Part shown: in pieces, positions 7,242-11,244 of the stretch
How positions within the stretch are numbered: the first letter of the stretch is position 1
Layout of the letters: every line of letters starts with the position of its first letter
DNA from: Amoeboradix gromovi X-113
Lineage: Eukaryota; Fungi; Sanchytriomycota
Length of the DNA: 11,244 bases
Assembly (NCBI GenBank): GCA_018985225.1
Contig: JADGIF010000309.1
Location: forward strand, 1-11,244
Reading direction: 5' to 3'
Program-made: the position numbers and the translations under genes
The notes under the pieces: model-generated
Databases searched by the model: none
Told to the model about the DNA's origin: nothing
The model's input: only the letters and a program-made list of their open reading frames with translations

Positions 7242-7577
7242 GATTAATCTAATCCATGCGGGATCAATCCGGGTGTATTAATTTGCTCTGCAAAAACAAT
7301 CCTGCTAAACTGCTTTTTCCAGTATTGAGGTCAGTGAAGGCAAAGATCTCTATTTCCAAATTGTTATTGAAGAGATTGTACAATACATTATAGCAAGTTG
7401 AGGTTTACTCAAAGAAAATTTGGCAAAACAAAATTCGCTAGATTGGTACAAAGAGTTAAGCAATTTTGGTTCAGTTTAAGATAAAATGAATTTATCAAAT
7501 ATACCGCGCTAGAGTTAAATTGCCCTAGTAGCTAGATTAATCCATGGAGCTGAGTCTATGTTGAGATTAGATTAATC
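7242..7577. mobile_element. Possible decayed TIR element
   Basis: GATTAATCTAATC (7242-7254) and GATTAGATTAATC (7565-7577) form a perfect 13-bp inverted pair, with weaker inward similarity; AATCC occurs four times in 7221-7270. Confidence 0.3.
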
Positions 7578-7782
7578 GAAGCTTGCACGTCTACTCATAT
7601 GTTTTCGAAGAGCTTTCTATGTGCCAGAAATATTATAAAAATGGAAGCTGTAATTTAAAAGTAGATAAAAACCAAAGGATAATGAGGAAAATTACTGGGC
7701 CCTGTAATATCTCTTAATTTTCCTAGAAATCAAGATATTTTGTGGTGATAAGACTTCATAATGTGAGATTTAAATTTCTTGG

Positions 7783-7814
7783 CCAATACTACTAAAAACA
7801 CTGTTTCATCCAAT
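7783..7814 (+). promoter_or_regulatory. Two CCAAT boxes upstream of the Eaf6-like gene
   Basis: CCAAT at 7783-7787 and 7810-7814. Confidence 0.35.
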
Positions 7815-7822
7815 AAGCGATC

Positions 7823-8041
7823 ATGGAGCAACTGAACTCTTTAGAATTGGATTTGAAAGCATTGCTTCAGCGTAGGCAACACCTACAACATACATTAGTA
7901 GAGATAGAAAATGACATTTTAGAATACGAGAATGACTTCATAAACAACAGTAGTTTGTTGGTAGATAAGAAAAGAAAGGATTCTTTCCGGTTATTTGCAC
8001 GTAAAAGAAGAAGAAGAACAAATGAGACATCAAATATTTAA
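7823..8041 (+). CDS. EAF6: Eaf6/MEAF6-like NuA4 histone acetyltransferase subunit, minimal (72 aa)
   Basis: LKALLQRRQHLQHTLVEIENDILEYENDFI fits the Eaf6 pattern L..L..+...L...L..LE..I...E..YL; C-terminal RLF motif; basic NLS-like tail RKRRRR. Confidence 0.7.
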   Translation: MEQLNSLELDLKALLQRRQHLQHTLVEIENDILEYENDFINNSSLLVDKKRKDSFRLFARKRRRRTNETSNI

Positions 8042-8579
8042 ACGCTAAACCAAGAACTTCAATAAATAGGTTTTCGAAGAGAAAGGCGGTTAACTACTTG
8101 ACACTATCTACTAATTAAGTGGGATGCTACTGGGCATAACGGGTAGCGCTAAATCTGTTGAAAGATAACAAACATTTTTAGTACATAGTTCAGTCGCCAT
8201 ATGCTTACTATTGTAAGTAAACAAAGAAAAAAACTAAGGTTGTCATGCGCAAATCTCAAGGGACAATTTAAAAGAAGCTTTTATAGTCAATGCGCCCACG
8301 CAATTCCAAAAGGATTAATAGTGCAACAAAAAGGCTTCAGCATATTAAGTTTCTATTAGGTGAAAGTCAAAGCTGGCCGACAAGCATAGGTGATAAAATA
8401 TGATGCATTTAAAAAATGTAACTCTTGTTTTTATAGTGAGTGTCTCAAACTCTGATTAAACTGAAGTAGAGTTTACTAGTATTGTTTCGGTTTTCTTTAT
8501 TTGGTTTCCATGATTGGTTAAACTCTAATCTTTGTCTTCATTTATTTAGCAACGCCCCTAGTTGTCTAATACATCGTAA

Positions 8580-9680
8580 ATGGATAAAGTGAGCGTACTA
8601 GAGAAGCAGTTGGGAATGTATATGAGAATGAACAAGGTTATGAAGAAGGAGATTGACCAAACGTACCAACAAGGTTTAACACAAAAACAGACTGAAATCG
8701 GACTAAGCAGAAATTTGTCTCGTCAAAAGAGCGATCTTGGGCAGAAACTAGAAATGACTGTTAATGAGAACCACGAGTATAAACGCCGTTGTGCAACAGC
8801 CAATATTAAGATTGATGAAAAGAACAAGGAGCTAGAAGATATAAAAAGACAGTTGTTTACCTCATCTACAACCAATAACCAGTTAGAAAAGGCAAACATT
8901 AAGTTAACGGATGACTTGAAAAAGTTAACAATGGAATTCACTATTCTACAAAGAGAGAAACATGATGTTGATAAAAAACTATTGCAGGTAAAAGCTGTGA
9001 ACACTCAGGATCAAAAGATCAAAGCCAACTTGAATGCTGAAATTTCAAAGTTAAGCGCTCAGCTGGAAACTTCGTCTTCAAAGAGGCGACAGCTCTCAAA
9101 TACCTTGATTTCTAAAAATGAACAACTCAGCAAACAAGCGATAGAAATTTCAAGCTTCAAAAAGGATCATTTGCCTAAAATCAAGGCGTTAAACAAAACA
9201 ATTGAAGATCAAAAGAAGGAGCTGTTGAAAACCACTCAGAAGTACGATAATCTTATCATTAAGCACAAGGAAGATATATTTCGGCTAAATACGACAAAAT
9301 CAAAGCATCATCAAAGAAGTGCGCTGACGGAGTTGGAAAAGAGCTCAGGACATAATTTAGACTCATTGAACGATATTGTTGACTCCACACTATGCTATCT
9401 TGCAGCTGCATCAAAAGACCTTGAACTCACTATTGATAGCCATAATGGCACCCTTGAAGGTAAAATGGAGGCTTGCAATGCTTGCTGTGCTGCAGTCTTG
9501 AAAAAAGTCTGTTCGCAAAAGGAAGCTCTAAATGAATTGAACGAAAAGCTAAGATTGAAGAGGATTGAATGCCAAAATTTAAGTCAAGAAAATAGAGATT
9601 TTAAAGACAAAATTGCGCTCAAGGAAGAAATGGAAATTCAATATGTTCAGTCAATCAAGCAACTAAGTAGGGAGCAGTAA
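8580..9680 (+). CDS. Long coiled-coil protein, function unknown
   Basis: Uninterrupted 366-aa ORF, K/E/Q/L-rich heptads, nearly proline-free; AAAATG context and ATTGG at 8513. Confidence 0.85.
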   Translation: MDKVSVLEKQLGMYMRMNKVMKKEIDQTYQQGLTQKQTEIGLSRNLSRQKSDLGQKLEMTVNENHEYKRRCATANIKIDEKNKELEDIKRQLFTSSTTNNQLEKANIKLTDDLKKLTMEFTILQREKHDVDKKLLQVKAVNTQDQKIKANLNAEISKLSAQLETSSSKRRQLSNTLISKNEQLSKQAIEISSFKKDHLPKIKALNKTIEDQKKELLKTTQKYDNLIIKHKEDIFRLNTTKSKHHQRSALTELEKSSGHNLDSLNDIVDSTLCYLAAASKDLELTIDSHNGTLEGKMEACNACCAAVLKKVCSQKEALNELNEKLRLKRIECQNLSQENRDFKDKIALKEEMEIQYVQSIKQLSREQ

Positions 9681-9697
9681 TAAATGATTTTGCTTAA

Positions 9698-11099
9698 CTC
9701 TTCTCCACGTTAAAAGTCCTAATTTCCCAGAAAATCAAGAACTTCCTCAGAAAAACTGATAAAACCAGTGGGGTGAAATTTAATAAGGATGCATATCCTT
9801 CAAGCATGTATGACGAGCTGTTAAACAGTTATACAACTAAAGAAAGAGCATCAATTAGAAATTTAAGGCTCGTATAATCAGCACAGGTGATTTATAGAAT
9901 AGAAATCGATCACTTTAGCATCTAATTGTGTAGCAAATAATATGAAATAAATTTGTTGCTGTAATCCTGAATAACCAACTTTTTGCAATGCATCGCAACT
10001 TTCCATTCTTGAAGCATGCATCAGGTATTATTAGTGATATCTTTGAAACTGACATCGAGGCAAAAGATTGGGTTGAATGCAGGACCTTCGCGTTGCGAAT
10101 CTGGTTCGAGTACAGTGAATTTACGTCAGAAGCTATTTATTTAGATAATTGCTATCTTCAATTGGCAACATTTTTTAATCATTATCTGAGCGATATTAGC
10201 GAGTTATTTGATGACTGACTTCAAGGTACGGCTTGCTCGTAACGATGAATCTCATATTTACATTTTATCACAGTCGACCAAACAGACAAAGTTATTTTCA
10301 CGAAAGTCGTCAAATGTATCACACCAAATCCAACACACATGTAAAGTTCATCTGTTAAGAGTCATTAATACAAAATTTGAATGCATTTCAGAGTCAAAAC
10401 TGCAGGATATATATGATATCGCGCTAGAAAGTGAGTCTTCAATGCAAGTGCTAGTCAGTTTAGCAACTATAAACATCTCCAGCGCACGAATTTTAACGAG
10501 GGAAACAAGAGGCATTAAGACGCTACTGGAAACAGAGAAAGAGCAAAGAATCAAATGGGAACAGGAATGCAAGAAGTTGAACATCATTTTAACATATCTG
10601 ATCTATGGGGTTTGTGTTAACGATGTGATAAAACATCTACCAGATAAATTGGCGGAGTTCTACAAAGTGAATAGTCACATCTTTAATGTCCCCAGCTCAC
10701 TGGTATCCAAATCACCACAAGCAGACAATCAGTGGAGCATTCTCTACAGCAAGAAGAATTTGAAAAAAGCTCAAACTGATCTTCAAGATTTTATTGATGG
10801 TGATGTAGATTCAATTAAAGGGACGTATAATTTGTTGTTATAGAGGTCATAGATGCTTATTGCCAACAAGAAAGAATTGTATTCAGTCTGGTGATGATTG
10901 ATGGTTATGTAGGGAGGAAGTAGCAAAGTCCCATTCATGTCTTTCGTTAGATCCATGGTGCTATGTTCAAGCTTGGTTTTTTACCAATTGCGAATCCTGT
11001 GTCCTTGGAAAGTACTGGCACTATGATCAGAAGCTTATAAACAAATATATGGAAGTATCGGCTCAAAAGCTATTAACCTCGGCTTGGATAAGCAGTTAA
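9698..11099 (+). pseudogene. Chain of broken reading frames (degraded gene or unresolved multi-exon gene)
   Basis: Successive protein-like + frames at 9698-9877, 9946-10218, 10211-10843 and ~10900-11099, separated by stops or frameshifts; no recognisable family. Confidence 0.35.
10211..10843 (+). CDS. Hypothetical protein (210 aa), the largest segment of the broken chain
   Basis: A 633-bp open frame is unlikely by chance in AT-rich DNA; helical-looking sequence; no motif recognised. Confidence 0.5.
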   Translation: MTDFKVRLARNDESHIYILSQSTKQTKLFSRKSSNVSHQIQHTCKVHLLRVINTKFECISESKLQDIYDIALESESSMQVLVSLATINISSARILTRETRGIKTLLETEKEQRIKWEQECKKLNIILTYLIYGVCVNDVIKHLPDKLAEFYKVNSHIFNVPSSLVSKSPQADNQWSILYSKKNLKKAQTDLQDFIDGDVDSIKGTYNLLL

Positions 11100-11161
11100 T
11101 TTCAAGAAGAATGGACAGCATGATCTGCTGAGTGCTAAAATGCAGCAAATAAACATATTGT

Positions 11162-11242
11162 TTAAAAGATGGAACCAAATGCCTTGTCCTTGCTGTCCTT
11201 TGTCTTCTTGCTGCTCTTATCCTTGTTCTTTATCCAGCCTCT
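11162..11242 (-). CDS. Possible lysine-rich C-terminus of a gene entering from the right edge
   Basis: Open to the window end: RGWIKNKDKSSKKTKDSKDKAFGSIF*. Confidence 0.3.
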   Translation of the reverse strand, partial: RGWIKNKDKSSKKTKDSKDKAFGSIF

Positions 11243-11244
11243 TA

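Noticed and set aside
7298-7400. LFPVLRSVKAKISIS...KRLY resembling the hAT dimerisation motif
   Set aside because: Too short and degenerate; the key W and ER.FS residues are absent
2410-8473. 12-bp inverted match between the LTR end AACTCTACTTCA (2410-2421) and TGAAGTAGAGTT (8462-8473)
   Set aside because: Does not extend; plausible by chance in 11 kb of AT-rich DNA
9678-11165. Stop-codon reassignment (TAA/TAG=Gln) as an explanation of the broken ORFs
   Set aside because: The Gln-rich 366-aa ORF and other genes have no internal TAA/TAG, and TGA stops and frameshifts also interrupt the chain

Overview
AT-rich eukaryotic DNA with compact genes, plausibly fungal or a fungal relative; the taxon cannot be fixed from sequence alone. 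1-2421 is the 3' half of a Ty3/Gypsy LTR retrotransposon (RT end, RNase H, integrase with a +1 frameshift, A-rich 3' UTR, PPT, ~258-bp 3' LTR). It ends 7 bp from the stop of a minus-strand CYTH/thiamine-triphosphatase-like gene that appears to lack catalytic residues. About 3500-7600 is a transposon-rich mosaic: a truncated, frameshifted Sola-type DDD transposase, orphan ORFs, nested inverted repeats and MITE-like pieces, and a divergent cyanovirin-N-homology (CVNH) gene. The right part has a minimal Eaf6-like gene, a 366-aa coiled-coil ORF and a chain of broken ORFs. All family calls are by-eye motif recognition; no searches were run. I found no clearly defined new system; the best leads are the pseudo-CYTH, the divergent CVNH and the 40-bp-period repeat module downstream of two convergent ORFs.
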